NCBI GenBank assembly: GCA_025361045.1
Contig: JANYAZ010000309.1
Coordinates: forward strand, 1-49,055
Reading direction: 5' to 3'
DNA: 49,055 nt
Origin: Geothrix sp.
GTDB lineage: Bacteria; Acidobacteriota; Holophagae; Holophagales; Holophagaceae
In this document: positions 8,080 to 17,308 of the stretch, in pieces
Layout: every line of letters starts with the position of its first letter
Position numbering within the stretch: the stretch's first letter is position 1
The notes under the pieces: model-generated
Told to the model about the DNA's origin: nothing
What the model saw: only the letters and a program-made list of their open reading frames with translations
Database searches by the model: none
Program-made: the position numbers and the translations under genes

Positions 8080-9147
8080 GTGATTCGTCCGGTCCTGTGT
8101 TTGCTCGGTACCCCCGTCCTGATGGCTCAAACGCCTGTTCCGGCGGTACCCCTCTGCCAGATAGCCGGATCCCCGAATCTCCGATTTGAAACTGAGTTGG
8201 ATGTGGTCCTCGAATCGTTGAGTGCCCACGAACGAAAGCCCTTTTTCAAGGCCCTTCGCGGCAAGCAGAGGGAACTTCAGGCGCGGATCCTCGAGGTGGA
8301 ACGGGGCCTCCAGCAAGCCCAGTCCCTTCGGAACACGCTGGAAAGGGAAGGCTCTGCGAACCTGCCCCAGGCCCAGGCCCTGGTGGAGGGACAGTCCCGA
8401 ATGTTGTCTGAATTCCGCGAGATGGACAAAGTCATCGCGCGAAAACGTTGGGACGAAGACCCCCTGAAGCTCGATGCCGATGAACTGAAGGTGGATCTCT
8501 ACGGCGGTTTCCAGTTCTCCAGCCTGTTCAGCGAGCAGGACCAGAAGGGCTCCTTCTTCTCCAAATCCAGGCCCTTTGTCGCCCTGGACATCCGCCAGAC
8601 CTTTCGCCGTCCTGCCCAGGAAACATGGTGGGAAGTGTTCAGTACGCTCTCCTTCCAGTCATCCAGCTTCGAGACCTCCGAAACCCTCAATGTGATCACC
8701 TCCAGCGGTCACTTCCGGGGCGAGGTGGGGCTCTGGTGGATGCGGTCCCTCACCGAACGGGTGAGTTGGGGGGTGGTGGGTTCGGCTGGGGTCGTGGGCT
8801 TCAGCCAGCCTGTGAACCAGTCAGACCTCACTGCGACGTCCCGGGATGAATTTCGCAATCGATTCAAGCTGGGGTTCACCACCCGACAGGAGGAGGGGGC
8901 CTTTAAGGGCTCCTTTGCTGAATGGTCCTACCTCCGTGATCCCCTGTTCCGCTACCAGGACCGGATCTACATGAGGGGTCGCGTGGTGCTAACCCAGTTC
9001 GGCTCCCAGGGCGCCAGCGGCGACTTCTACATGGAGGGGTCGGTCAACAAGGGCGGGCATGGAAAGGATGAGGCCGTGGTGCTGGTGGGCTTCCGTCTCA
9101 GCACCGTGGCCTTCTTCCGGAGCCTGGGGGGCGGGGCGAAGCCGTGA
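8080..9147 (+). CDS. Hypothetical exported protein with a coiled-coil N-half and a probable beta-barrel C-half
   Basis: Signal-like start, heptad-rich segment, then alternating aromatic/polar strands (DLYGGFQFS, GEVGLWW, FKLGFTT). Confidence 0.6.
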   Translation: MIRPVLCLLGTPVLMAQTPVPAVPLCQIAGSPNLRFETELDVVLESLSAHERKPFFKALRGKQRELQARILEVERGLQQAQSLRNTLEREGSANLPQAQALVEGQSRMLSEFREMDKVIARKRWDEDPLKLDADELKVDLYGGFQFSSLFSEQDQKGSFFSKSRPFVALDIRQTFRRPAQETWWEVFSTLSFQSSSFETSETLNVITSSGHFRGEVGLWWMRSLTERVSWGVVGSAGVVGFSQPVNQSDLTATSRDEFRNRFKLGFTTRQEEGAFKGSFAEWSYLRDPLFRYQDRIYMRGRVVLTQFGSQGASGDFYMEGSVNKGGHGKDEAVVLVGFRLSTVAFFRSLGGGAKP

Positions 9148-9163
9148 GTCTTCCCATGAAAAA

Positions 9164-9270
9164 CGGAGACAGGATTAACAGGATGAAAGGCTGGATTAAC
9201 AGGATTAATGAGCAGAAGCAGTTTTTTTGAATCCTGTTAATTCTTGTGAATCTTGTTAATCCTGTCCCCG
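9164..9270. repeat. Long imperfect inverted repeat built from a 9-nt unit (ACAGGATTA)
   Basis: CGGAGACAGGATTAACAGGAT..GGATTAACAGGATT pairs with AATCCTGTTAATTC..ATCTTGTTAATCCTGTCCCCG. Confidence 0.9.
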
Positions 9271-9331
9271 CCTTTTCCTAAACACAGCCAAGGCGCTAGT
9301 CTGAGTGCTGGATCCAATTGAGGAGCGCCCC

Positions 9332-9829
9332 ATGGCCAGTGAATGTTCCTTCGACGTCGTGTGCAAGGTTGACTTGGATGAGGTGAAGAACGCCTTGTCC
9401 CAGGCCATGAAGGAGATCGGGCAGCGCTTCGACTTCAAAGGCTCCGTCGCGAAGATCGAGCTGAAGGATGACAAGGTGCTGGTGCTCAACGCTGACGACG
9501 AGACAAAGCTGAAGGCCGTCATCGACGTGCTGCAGACCAAGCTGCACAAGCGTGGCGTGAGCATCCGGAGCATGGTCTACGGCAAGATCGAACCGGCCTC
9601 CAAGGGCAGCGTCCGCCAGGAAGTCACCATCCAGCAGGGCATCCCAGTGGAGAAGGCCAAGGGCCTGATCAAGGCGCTGAAGGATTCGAAGATCAAGGTC
9701 CAGGCCAGCATCCAGGGCGACCAGCTCCGTGTCAGTGGCAAGAGCCGGGATGACCTGCAGGAAGTCATCGCCCTCTTCAAGAAGGATGACCAGGGGATGG
9801 ACCTGCAGTTCACCAATTACAGGGGATGA
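9332..9829 (+). CDS. yajQ: YajQ family nucleotide/c-di-GMP-binding protein
   Basis: SFDVVCKVD, RFDFKGS, KVQASIQGDQLRVSGKSRDDLQ, LQFTNYR; GAGGAG SD. Confidence 0.95.
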   Translation: MASECSFDVVCKVDLDEVKNALSQAMKEIGQRFDFKGSVAKIELKDDKVLVLNADDETKLKAVIDVLQTKLHKRGVSIRSMVYGKIEPASKGSVRQEVTIQQGIPVEKAKGLIKALKDSKIKVQASIQGDQLRVSGKSRDDLQEVIALFKKDDQGMDLQFTNYRG

Positions 9830-9830
9830 G

Positions 9831-10826
9831 TTGAGTCGTCTGGACCTCTCACGCTACTTCCTCCCCATCTCCCCCAAACTGGCGGGCGTGGAGGCTGAGC
9901 TGCAGCGCATCCTGCAGAGCGACGTGGAGGTGGTCCAGAAATTGGCAGATCACGTGCGGGGAGGGCAGGGCAAGCGCCTGCGCCCGGCCCTGGTGATGCT
10001 GTCCTCCCGGTTCTGTGGCGGGCAGAATGACGACGATGTCCGCTTCGGCGCCGTGTTCGAGCTGATCCATACGGCCACCCTGGTGCATGATGACGTCATT
10101 GATCACGCCCAGCTCCGGCGCGGCATGCCCACCCTCAATCGGCTCTGGGGCAACACGCTCACAGTGCTCTTTGGCGACCTGCTCTATCTGGTGGCCATGA
10201 GCGAAGCCATCGCCGGTCGAAGCTGGCGGATGATGGAGATCCTGGCGGCGGTCACCACCCGCATGACCGAGGGCGAGCTCATCCAGAACGATGTGCTCTT
10301 CAAGCTCGACACCAGCCGCAAGGATTACTTCGACATCCAGGAGCGGAAAACTGCCCTTCTGTTCAGTGGCTGTACGGAGTCCGGTGCTGTCCTCACGGGC
10401 CGCAGCGACGCCGATTGCCTCGCCATGGCTGGCTACGGATTGGAAGTGGGGCGCGCCTTCCAGCTGGTGGACGACTTGTTGGACTACACCGCCACCAGCG
10501 AGCAGCTGGGCAAACCCGCCTTCAGCGACCTGCGGGAAGGCAAACTCACCCTGCCCATGCTCACCCTTCTGGAGAGGGCACCCGATGAGGTCCGCCCCCT
10601 GATCCGGACCATCTGGGACCGGGGTGAAGAGGTACCCATTCCTGCCGCAGAGGAAATCAAGCTCCGCGCCCTCATCGACAAGCACGATGCCCTGGCTGAA
10701 ACCCGGGACCTGGCCCTGGCGGCCTCAAGAAATGCTGTAGCCCACATCGTGGCCGTTCAAGGTGACCCTGCCACCGGCGAGCTGCTGCGGGAAATCCCCG
10801 AGGCACTGTTGACGCGGAGCATGTGA
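9831..10826 (+). CDS. Polyprenyl diphosphate synthase (IspB/HepT-like)
   Basis: GKRLRP, LVHDDVID..RRG, FQLVDDLLD, GKP..DLREGKLTLP; TTG start inferred. Confidence 0.92.
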   Translation: MSRLDLSRYFLPISPKLAGVEAELQRILQSDVEVVQKLADHVRGGQGKRLRPALVMLSSRFCGGQNDDDVRFGAVFELIHTATLVHDDVIDHAQLRRGMPTLNRLWGNTLTVLFGDLLYLVAMSEAIAGRSWRMMEILAAVTTRMTEGELIQNDVLFKLDTSRKDYFDIQERKTALLFSGCTESGAVLTGRSDADCLAMAGYGLEVGRAFQLVDDLLDYTATSEQLGKPAFSDLREGKLTLPMLTLLERAPDEVRPLIRTIWDRGEEVPIPAAEEIKLRALIDKHDALAETRDLALAASRNAVAHIVAVQGDPATGELLREIPEALLTRSM

Positions 10827-10830
10827 CAGG

Positions 10831-12405
10831 TCAGCTCTCCGACTCGCCCAGCCTCAGGTCGAAGGGGATCCCTGCCCGCTTGCAGGCGGCGATGAAGGTC
10901 TCCTTGTCGGGGCACTTGAGATAGGCCTCCATGGGCTCTACCTTCCGACCCTGGATCAGGTCGACAAGGGCATCGTTCATGAGGCGTTGTCCGTAGCTGC
11001 GACCCGTCTGCATGGCACTGGGGATCTGGAAATTCTTGCCCTCGCGCATGAGGTTGGCGATGGCCGGCGTGATGAAGAGGGTCTCCAGGGCGGCCACGCG
11101 GCCCCCTCCAATGCGCTTCAGCAGTACCTGACTGACGACGCACTTGAGTGCGTCTGCCAACATCACGCGGATCTGTTGCTGTCGGTCGGAGGGGAACTGG
11201 TCCACGATACGGTCGATGGTGCCGATGGCGCTGCTGGTGTGCAGGGTTCCGAACACGAGATGCCCAGTGGCGGCGGTCTCCAGGGCGATGGCGATGGTTT
11301 CGAGGTCGCGCATCTCGCCCACCAGCACCACGTCAGGGTCCTCGCGCAGCGCGGCACGGAGGCCGCTCTTGAAGCTGTCTGTGTGGGTCCCCACTTCCCG
11401 CTGGTTCACCAGACAGCCCTTGCGGGGGTGTACGAACTCGATGGGATCCTCGATGGTGAGGATGTGGTCCTTCCGTTTCTGATTGGCCAGATCCACGATG
11501 GCGGCCAGGGTGGTGGACTTGCCACTGCCGGTGGGTCCAGTGACCAGCACCAGGCCCTTGGACAGGGTGGCCAGACGGCGCACGGGGTCCGGGATACCCA
11601 GCCTGTCTGGATCAGGCAGCTGGTTGGGAATGACACGACAGACCAAGCCGGGCCCAACCCGGTCGCAAAAATAGTTCACTCGTAGCCGGCAGCCCCCGGC
11701 CTCGTAGCCATAGGCGAAGTCGGCATCGTGGTGTTCTTCGAACCGTTGCCAAGCCGCCGGGGAGGCCAGTGCTTCCATCAACTCCAGCAGGGTGGCTGGA
11801 TCCATGGCGCCGAAGCCCTCCAATTCCTTCATGTCGCCGTGGACCCGAATCAGGGGTGGCTCATGGGTGGTGCAATGCAGGTCGGAGCCCTGTTTCTCCA
11901 GCAGGGCCGCAAACAGCCGCTCAGCCAGCGGATGCCCTTGGGTCTTCTTGGGGCGGGGGGCTGGTCTCGGGGTCGCCGGGGGGACGGGTTGGGGGGCAGG
12001 AGCCGGGGAGGGTGCAGCGGTTCTGACTGCCGGTACGCTCTCAACTGGCGCCGCGGCCTTTGTTGGGGTGGTGGCATGCTGGGTGGCCGGCGGGCCGGAG
12101 GGGCCCTGGTGCTCGGCCTGGATCTGGGGGTTCTCCATGTACCGGCTCAGGCGGATTCGGAAGGACTGCCCACCCAGGTCGTAGTCGAACTCGGCTTGAC
12201 CGTCCTTTTGCCAGGCCGCCTTGAGTTCGGGGGGCACAACGTCCCCGGCCAGTACATCGACCATGACGGCCGGCAACGGATTGGGCAGCAGGTCGATGGC
12301 TTCCCCGGACTTCAACTCCAGGCGAGGTTTTTTATCCGCGTTCACATCCAGGCGGCTGCCAGCCTTCGTGATGACTTGGGAGAGCAGGCGATCCAACTGG
12401 GCCAT
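10831..12405 (-). CDS. pilT: Type IV pilus retraction ATPase PilT with an extra N-terminal domain
   Basis: GPTGSGKST, TIEDPIE, ALREDPD, GEMRD, TGHLVFGTLH, AIANLMRE. Confidence 0.9.
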   Translation of the reverse strand: MAQLDRLLSQVITKAGSRLDVNADKKPRLELKSGEAIDLLPNPLPAVMVDVLAGDVVPPELKAAWQKDGQAEFDYDLGGQSFRIRLSRYMENPQIQAEHQGPSGPPATQHATTPTKAAAPVESVPAVRTAAPSPAPAPQPVPPATPRPAPRPKKTQGHPLAERLFAALLEKQGSDLHCTTHEPPLIRVHGDMKELEGFGAMDPATLLELMEALASPAAWQRFEEHHDADFAYGYEAGGCRLRVNYFCDRVGPGLVCRVIPNQLPDPDRLGIPDPVRRLATLSKGLVLVTGPTGSGKSTTLAAIVDLANQKRKDHILTIEDPIEFVHPRKGCLVNQREVGTHTDSFKSGLRAALREDPDVVLVGEMRDLETIAIALETAATGHLVFGTLHTSSAIGTIDRIVDQFPSDRQQQIRVMLADALKCVVSQVLLKRIGGGRVAALETLFITPAIANLMREGKNFQIPSAMQTGRSYGQRLMNDALVDLIQGRKVEPMEAYLKCPDKETFIAACKRAGIPFDLRLGESES

Positions 12406-12510
12406 GGTCAGGACTCCGGATGCTGAAAGGATGCCACGGGTCACAGCCTTCGGGGTTCGGGGTTGAGCCTCTGGCCGCTAGACTGGGAGACGACCCTTCC
12501 TGGAGTAGGC

Positions 12511-13668
12511 ATGAACATCCATGAGTACCAAGCCAAGGAACTGCTTCGCCGCTACAAGGTGACCACCCCTGATGGGAAGGTCGCCCAGGACGCGGAGGAG
12601 GCCCGCATGATCACCAAGGAATATGGTGGCGCCAGCGTGGTCAAGGCCCAGATCCATGCCGGTGGCCGGGGTAAAGGGGGTGGCGTGAAGTTCGCGACCG
12701 ATCCCGACAAGGCCGCCGACCTGTTCAAGGCCATCTTTGGCATGCAGCTCGTCACCAAACAAACTGGGGCCGAGGGCCGCAAGGTCCACACAGTCTTCAT
12801 TTCGAAGCCAGTGGACATCGCCCGGGAGCTCTACCTGAGCTTCCTGGTGGACCGCGGCTCCAGCCGGGTGACCATCCTGGCCTCCACTGAGGGTGGCGTG
12901 GAGATCGAGGAGGTTGCCGAGAAGACCCCCGAGAAGATCTTCAAGGTGGCTGTGGATCCGGCTTTGGGCCTCTGCGGGTTCCAGGCCCGACAGGTAGCCT
13001 TCGCCCTGGGGCTGGAAGGCGACACCTTCAAGCAGGGCGTGGTCTTCCTCCAGAACCTCTACAGGCTTTTCATGGAGAAGGACTGCTCCATGGTGGAGAT
13101 CAATCCTCTGGTGGTGACCAAGCACGGTGATGTCACGGCCCTGGACGCAAAGATCGGCTTCGACGACAACGCCCTGTTCCGCCACCCCGACGTCCTGGCC
13201 TTCCGGGACCTCAATGAGGAGGCTGAGGAGGAAGTCGCCGCCAGCAAGTTCAATCTGAATTTCATCAAGCTGGACGGACAGATCGGCTGCATGGTGAATG
13301 GCGCGGGCCTGGCCATGGGCACCATGGACATCATCAAGTACCACGGCGGTTCCCCAGCCAACTTCCTGGATGTCGGCGGTGGAGCAACCGAGGATGCTGT
13401 CAAGAACGCCTTCCGGATCATCCTGCAGGATCCCGCGGTGAAGGCCGTGCTGGTGAACATCTTCGGCGGCATCATGCGCTGTGACGTGGTCGCGGCGGGC
13501 ATCGTGAACGCCGCGAAGGAAATCGGCATCCAGGTGCCGGTGGTCGTGCGCCTCGAAGGCACCAACGTCGAAGAGGGCAAGAAGATCCTGGCTGACAGCG
13601 GGCTGAACCTCATCGTCGCCAAGGATCTGAAGGACGCCGCCGAGAAGGTGGTCGCCTCCATCAAGTAG
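12511..13668 (+). CDS. sucC: Succinyl-CoA synthetase beta subunit
   Basis: [48 protein letters not shown]. Confidence 0.98.
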   Translation: MNIHEYQAKELLRRYKVTTPDGKVAQDAEEARMITKEYGGASVVKAQIHAGGRGKGGGVKFATDPDKAADLFKAIFGMQLVTKQTGAEGRKVHTVFISKPVDIARELYLSFLVDRGSSRVTILASTEGGVEIEEVAEKTPEKIFKVAVDPALGLCGFQARQVAFALGLEGDTFKQGVVFLQNLYRLFMEKDCSMVEINPLVVTKHGDVTALDAKIGFDDNALFRHPDVLAFRDLNEEAEEEVAASKFNLNFIKLDGQIGCMVNGAGLAMGTMDIIKYHGGSPANFLDVGGGATEDAVKNAFRIILQDPAVKAVLVNIFGGIMRCDVVAAGIVNAAKEIGIQVPVVVRLEGTNVEEGKKILADSGLNLIVAKDLKDAAEKVVASIK

Positions 13669-13677
13669 GGCAACGCT

Positions 13678-13713
13678 GTCCGGGGGTTCCGCGCTGCGCG
13701 CACACCCCCGGGC
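13678..13713. repeat. REP-like nested hairpin between sucC and sucD
   Basis: CCGGGGG..GCGC-TGC-GCGC..CCCCCGG. Confidence 0.55.
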
Positions 13714-13789
13714 CCCTGGATGAGTGCGCGGGAGACCCGCACCCTCCTCCCATCCCCGGAACCGGAGTTCGAATTCAGAGAGGTATGAC

Positions 13790-14662
13790 ATGGCTGTTCT
13801 CGTGGGCAACCACACCAAATTGATCGTCCAGGGCATCACGGGCCGTGAGGGCCTCTTCCATGCCAAGGGTTCACGCGACTACGGCACCAACGTGGTCGGC
13901 GGCGTCACACCCGGCAAGGGCGGCACCGAAATCGAGGGTTTCGTCGTCTTCAATACGGTCAAGGAGGCCGTGGCCAAGACTGGCGCCAACGCCAGCATGA
14001 TCTTCGTGCCACCCGTTGGCGCGGCGGATGCCATCCTCGAGGCCCTGGAAGCGGGCATCGAGCTCATCGTCTGCATCACCGAGGGCATCCCCGTCCTCGA
14101 CATGGTGAAGGTCAAGCGCGTCCTGCCCGACTACCCCAAGAGCCGCCTCATCGGCCCCAACTGCCCCGGCATCATCAGCCCTGGCCTGGCCAAGATCGGC
14201 ATCATGCCCGGCCGCATCCACAAGCAGGGCCACGTGGGCGTGGTCAGCCGCTCTGGCACCCTCACCTATGAGGCTGTGGGCCAGCTGACGGCCCTCGGCA
14301 TCGGCCAGAGCACCTGCATCGGCATCGGTGGTGATCCCGTGAACGGCACCAGCCACATCGATGCCCTGCGCCTGTTCCAGGACGATCCGGATACCCACGC
14401 CATCATCATGATCGGCGAGATCGGCGGCAGCGCTGAGGAAGAAGCCGCCGAGTTCGTAAAGCAGTACGTCACCAAGCCCGTGGTGGCCTTCATCGCCGGC
14501 CAGACGGCCCCTCCGGGCCGCCGCATGGGCCATGCCGGCGCCATCATCTCCGGGGGCAAGGGCACCGCCGCCGAAAAGATGAAGGCCCTTACCGCTGCGG
14601 GCATCACGGTGGTGCAGAGCCCTGCGGACATGGGAACGGCCCTGGCGGAACGGCTGAAGTAA
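13790..14662 (+). CDS. sucD: Succinyl-CoA synthetase alpha subunit
   Basis: [34 protein letters not shown] (phospho-His). Confidence 0.98.
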   Translation: MAVLVGNHTKLIVQGITGREGLFHAKGSRDYGTNVVGGVTPGKGGTEIEGFVVFNTVKEAVAKTGANASMIFVPPVGAADAILEALEAGIELIVCITEGIPVLDMVKVKRVLPDYPKSRLIGPNCPGIISPGLAKIGIMPGRIHKQGHVGVVSRSGTLTYEAVGQLTALGIGQSTCIGIGGDPVNGTSHIDALRLFQDDPDTHAIIMIGEIGGSAEEEAAEFVKQYVTKPVVAFIAGQTAPPGRRMGHAGAIISGGKGTAAEKMKALTAAGITVVQSPADMGTALAERLK

Positions 14663-14669
14663 GAAAACC

Positions 14670-14743
14670 ACCACGAAGACGGGAAGACCACGAAGAGGGC
14701 GCCGAGATTCGCCTTTCTTCGTGGTCTTTGCGGTCTTCGTGGT
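14670..14743. repeat. Long inverted repeat with an internally duplicated 9-mer (ACCACGAAG)
   Basis: ACCACGAAGAC-GGG-AAGACCACGAAGA-GGGCG pairs with CGCCT-T-TCTTCGTGGTCTT-TGCG-GTCTTCGTGGT. Confidence 0.9.
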
Positions 14744-14756
14744 TTATCTTTCGGGC

Positions 14757-15164
14757 ATGCTGATCTCCCGCGAAATGGTTCTGGACATGGACATCGCCCT
14801 GAACGCGGCGATGTTCGGTGGCGACATGATGGCGAGGATGGACAAGGTGGCGGGCATTGCGGCCTCTTTGATGTCCCGAAACCGGCGCTTTCTCACCTTG
14901 AAGGTGTCCGAACTGCTCTTCCACAGCCCGGTGCGGGCTGGGGAGATCATCGAATTCCACGTGAGTCTTGCCCGTCAGGGAAAGACCAGCCTGACCCTTC
15001 AGATCAATGTGCAGGTCTATGAGCCGGTGTCGGACCAACGACGAGATGTGACCAGCGGAGAATTCGTCATGGTGGCAGTGGACGAGGCCCTTCGCCCGGA
15101 GCCCATTCTCTGGAAACCGGAGATGCTCCAGGCCGAGGCCGACGCCCGTCTTCAGCACCCCTGA
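14757..15164 (+). CDS. Acyl-CoA thioesterase (hotdog fold, YciA-like)
   Basis: MFGGDMMARMD, FHSPVRAGEII, GKTSL, FVMVAVDE. Confidence 0.88.
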   Translation: MLISREMVLDMDIALNAAMFGGDMMARMDKVAGIAASLMSRNRRFLTLKVSELLFHSPVRAGEIIEFHVSLARQGKTSLTLQINVQVYEPVSDQRRDVTSGEFVMVAVDEALRPEPILWKPEMLQAEADARLQHP

Positions 15165-15203
15165 TTCCGGGCTGGCAGGTCCTGATTCGCGTATGCTTAT
15201 GTC

Positions 15204-16082
15204 ATGACAGATCTCATCAAGGCTCACCTGGATCATCGGCGCGTGTGGCGGGATTTCGATTACTGCTACCCCGTGATCTCGCGCCGCAGTCGGGGCGTCA
15301 GTCTTGGTGTAAACCTTAATCCGGACAAGGTTTGCAATTTTGATTGTGTCTACTGCGAGGTGGATCGCCTGACCGCCCCCAAACGGAAGGATCTCGACCT
15401 GGACCTCCTGGGGGAGGAACTGGGCCTGCTGCTGGATCTGGCGACCAGCGGCGAGATCTACCAGATACCGCCCTTCGACTCGGCTCGGCCCGAACAGCGC
15501 CGCCTTAATGACATTGCCTTCAGTGGGGATGGTGAGCCCACGACGGCCCGTGAGTTCGCGGAGGTGGTCAGGCGGGTTGTTCGTCTCAAGGATCAGCGTG
15601 GACTGAATCTGGTGAAGCTGGTGCTCATCACGGATTCCAGCCGACTCCAGGCACCGGACGTAATGGCGGGATTGGAGACCCTGATGGCGCATCAGGGCGA
15701 AGTGTGGGCGAAGCTGGATGCCGGCACCGAGTCCTACTACCAGGAGATCTGCCGGAGCCAGGTACCTTTCCAACGCATTCTCGACAACCTGCTGGCCACC
15801 GCCCGCCGCTGGCCGATCCTGATCCAGACCCTCTTCCTCGACTGGAAGGGAAAGGGGCCCAGTGAGGCTGAGTTGGAGGCGTACTGCGGCAGGCTGGAAC
15901 ACATCCGGTCAAACGGGGGACAACTCCAGGCCGTCCAGCTCTACACCGTGGCCCGACCCACCCCGGAACCGGAAGCCCGACCCCTGTGGCACCTGGAGAT
16001 GGATGCCATCGCCGCGAGTCTGCGGGGCCGACTGCCGGGACTGCCAATCGAGGTCTACTACGGTCCGGAGGAATGGGCCTGA
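15204..16082 (+). CDS. Radical SAM protein of unknown substrate
   Basis: SRRSRGVSLGVNL, CNFDCVYC, FSGDGEPT, KLDAG. Confidence 0.9.
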   Translation: MTDLIKAHLDHRRVWRDFDYCYPVISRRSRGVSLGVNLNPDKVCNFDCVYCEVDRLTAPKRKDLDLDLLGEELGLLLDLATSGEIYQIPPFDSARPEQRRLNDIAFSGDGEPTTAREFAEVVRRVVRLKDQRGLNLVKLVLITDSSRLQAPDVMAGLETLMAHQGEVWAKLDAGTESYYQEICRSQVPFQRILDNLLATARRWPILIQTLFLDWKGKGPSEAELEAYCGRLEHIRSNGGQLQAVQLYTVARPTPEPEARPLWHLEMDAIAASLRGRLPGLPIEVYYGPEEWA

Positions 16083-17308
16083 TGCGTCAGGTCTACCTGG
16101 TTGCAGCGTTGCTGGTGAGCCTTGGTTGGTCGGGCTGCCGTTCACGGGCGGTGAAACCGCCCCCTGCACCTCCCACCAGCCTCAGTCTGGTCGCCGTGGG
16201 GGACATCCTCATGCATCAGGATGTGAAACGCACGGCGGACCAGGATTCCAGTGGCTTTCCTGCACTTTGGAGTGACCTGATCCCCCTGTTTCAAGGAGCG
16301 GATTTGGCCTTCGGCAATCTGGAGACCCCCATCGCACCCCGTACGGGCCGACCTGGCGTGCCCTTCCAATTCAACGCACCGGAATCCCTCCCGGCCGCGC
16401 TTCGAGCCAGCGGGTTCACCGTGCTGTCCACGGCCAACAACCATGCCTTCGACCAGGGCCCCGGAGGGGTACGGGAAACCCTGGAAAGGCTGCGGGCCCA
16501 GCAACTGGTGGCCATCGGCAGTGGCGTTGACCGGGCCCAGGCGGAGACCCTCCAGATCCTCGAGCGTCAGGGGCTAAAAGTGGCTTTCCTTGGCTTCACG
16601 GACCTCTTCAACATCGACCTGAACCGCAGGGCCTCCGAGCCCTGGGTGCGTCCACTTGATCTTGAACCCGCCCTTCAGGCTGTTCGCGACGCCAGGGGGA
16701 AGGCGGATCTGGTGGTGGTTAGTGTTCACTGGGGTAACGAGTATCAGCACGCCCCGACGAAGCGGCAGAGGAACATCGCCCAGGCTTTTGCGGTTGCTGG
16801 CTGCGACGTGATCCTGGGACACCATCCCCATGTGCTGCAGCCGGCCGAGCTGATCACAGTCGGGGATCGCAGGGCCCTGGTGGCCTATTCCTTGGGGAAC
16901 TTCATCAGCAACCAGGACCGCATGTATCGGGCCGATCTCTTCCCTGTGGCGGGGGGGGACAACCGTGATGGCGCCGCCCTGAAGCTCCGCTTCGAGCGTA
17001 GGGACGACAGCGAGGGCAGGGGGGGCGTGGTGCTGGCCGAGGTCGCCATCGAGCCGCTCTGGACCGAGAACAATTGGGGGGCGGCAGCCAATCGGCGAGA
17101 GATCCGCGTCATCCGGGTGGCGGCCGCCGAAGCCCGGGTTCGCGGCGAGTTGGATCGGCTTTGCGATCCGGCCGAAGGGCCGCGGGCCATGCCCCAGGAT
17201 GCCGCCCGGAAGAAGTCGATCCTGGAGAAGCAGGAGTATCTGCGCACGCTCATTCTGCGTCGGAAGCGCATCGCCGAGATCGTTGGAGAGACTTACATGG
17301 CTCGCTAG
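16082..17308 (+). CDS. CapA-family metallophosphoesterase lipoprotein
   Basis: Lipobox WSG-C, VGDILMH, NLETP, ANNHAFDQG, HWGNEY, GHHPHV, YSLGNF. Confidence 0.92.
   Translation: MRQVYLVAALLVSLGWSGCRSRAVKPPPAPPTSLSLVAVGDILMHQDVKRTADQDSSGFPALWSDLIPLFQGADLAFGNLETPIAPRTGRPGVPFQFNAPESLPAALRASGFTVLSTANNHAFDQGPGGVRETLERLRAQQLVAIGSGVDRAQAETLQILERQGLKVAFLGFTDLFNIDLNRRASEPWVRPLDLEPALQAVRDARGKADLVVVSVHWGNEYQHAPTKRQRNIAQAFAVAGCDVILGHHPHVLQPAELITVGDRRALVAYSLGNFISNQDRMYRADLFPVAGGDNRDGAALKLRFERRDDSEGRGGVVLAEVAIEPLWTENNWGAAANRREIRVIRVAAAEARVRGELDRLCDPAEGPRAMPQDAARKKSILEKQEYLRTLILRRKRIAEIVGETYMAR

Noticed and set aside
9164-9270. Possible CRISPR array or simple terminator
   Set aside because: Repeats are 9-13 nt and inverted, with no unique spacers and no cas genes
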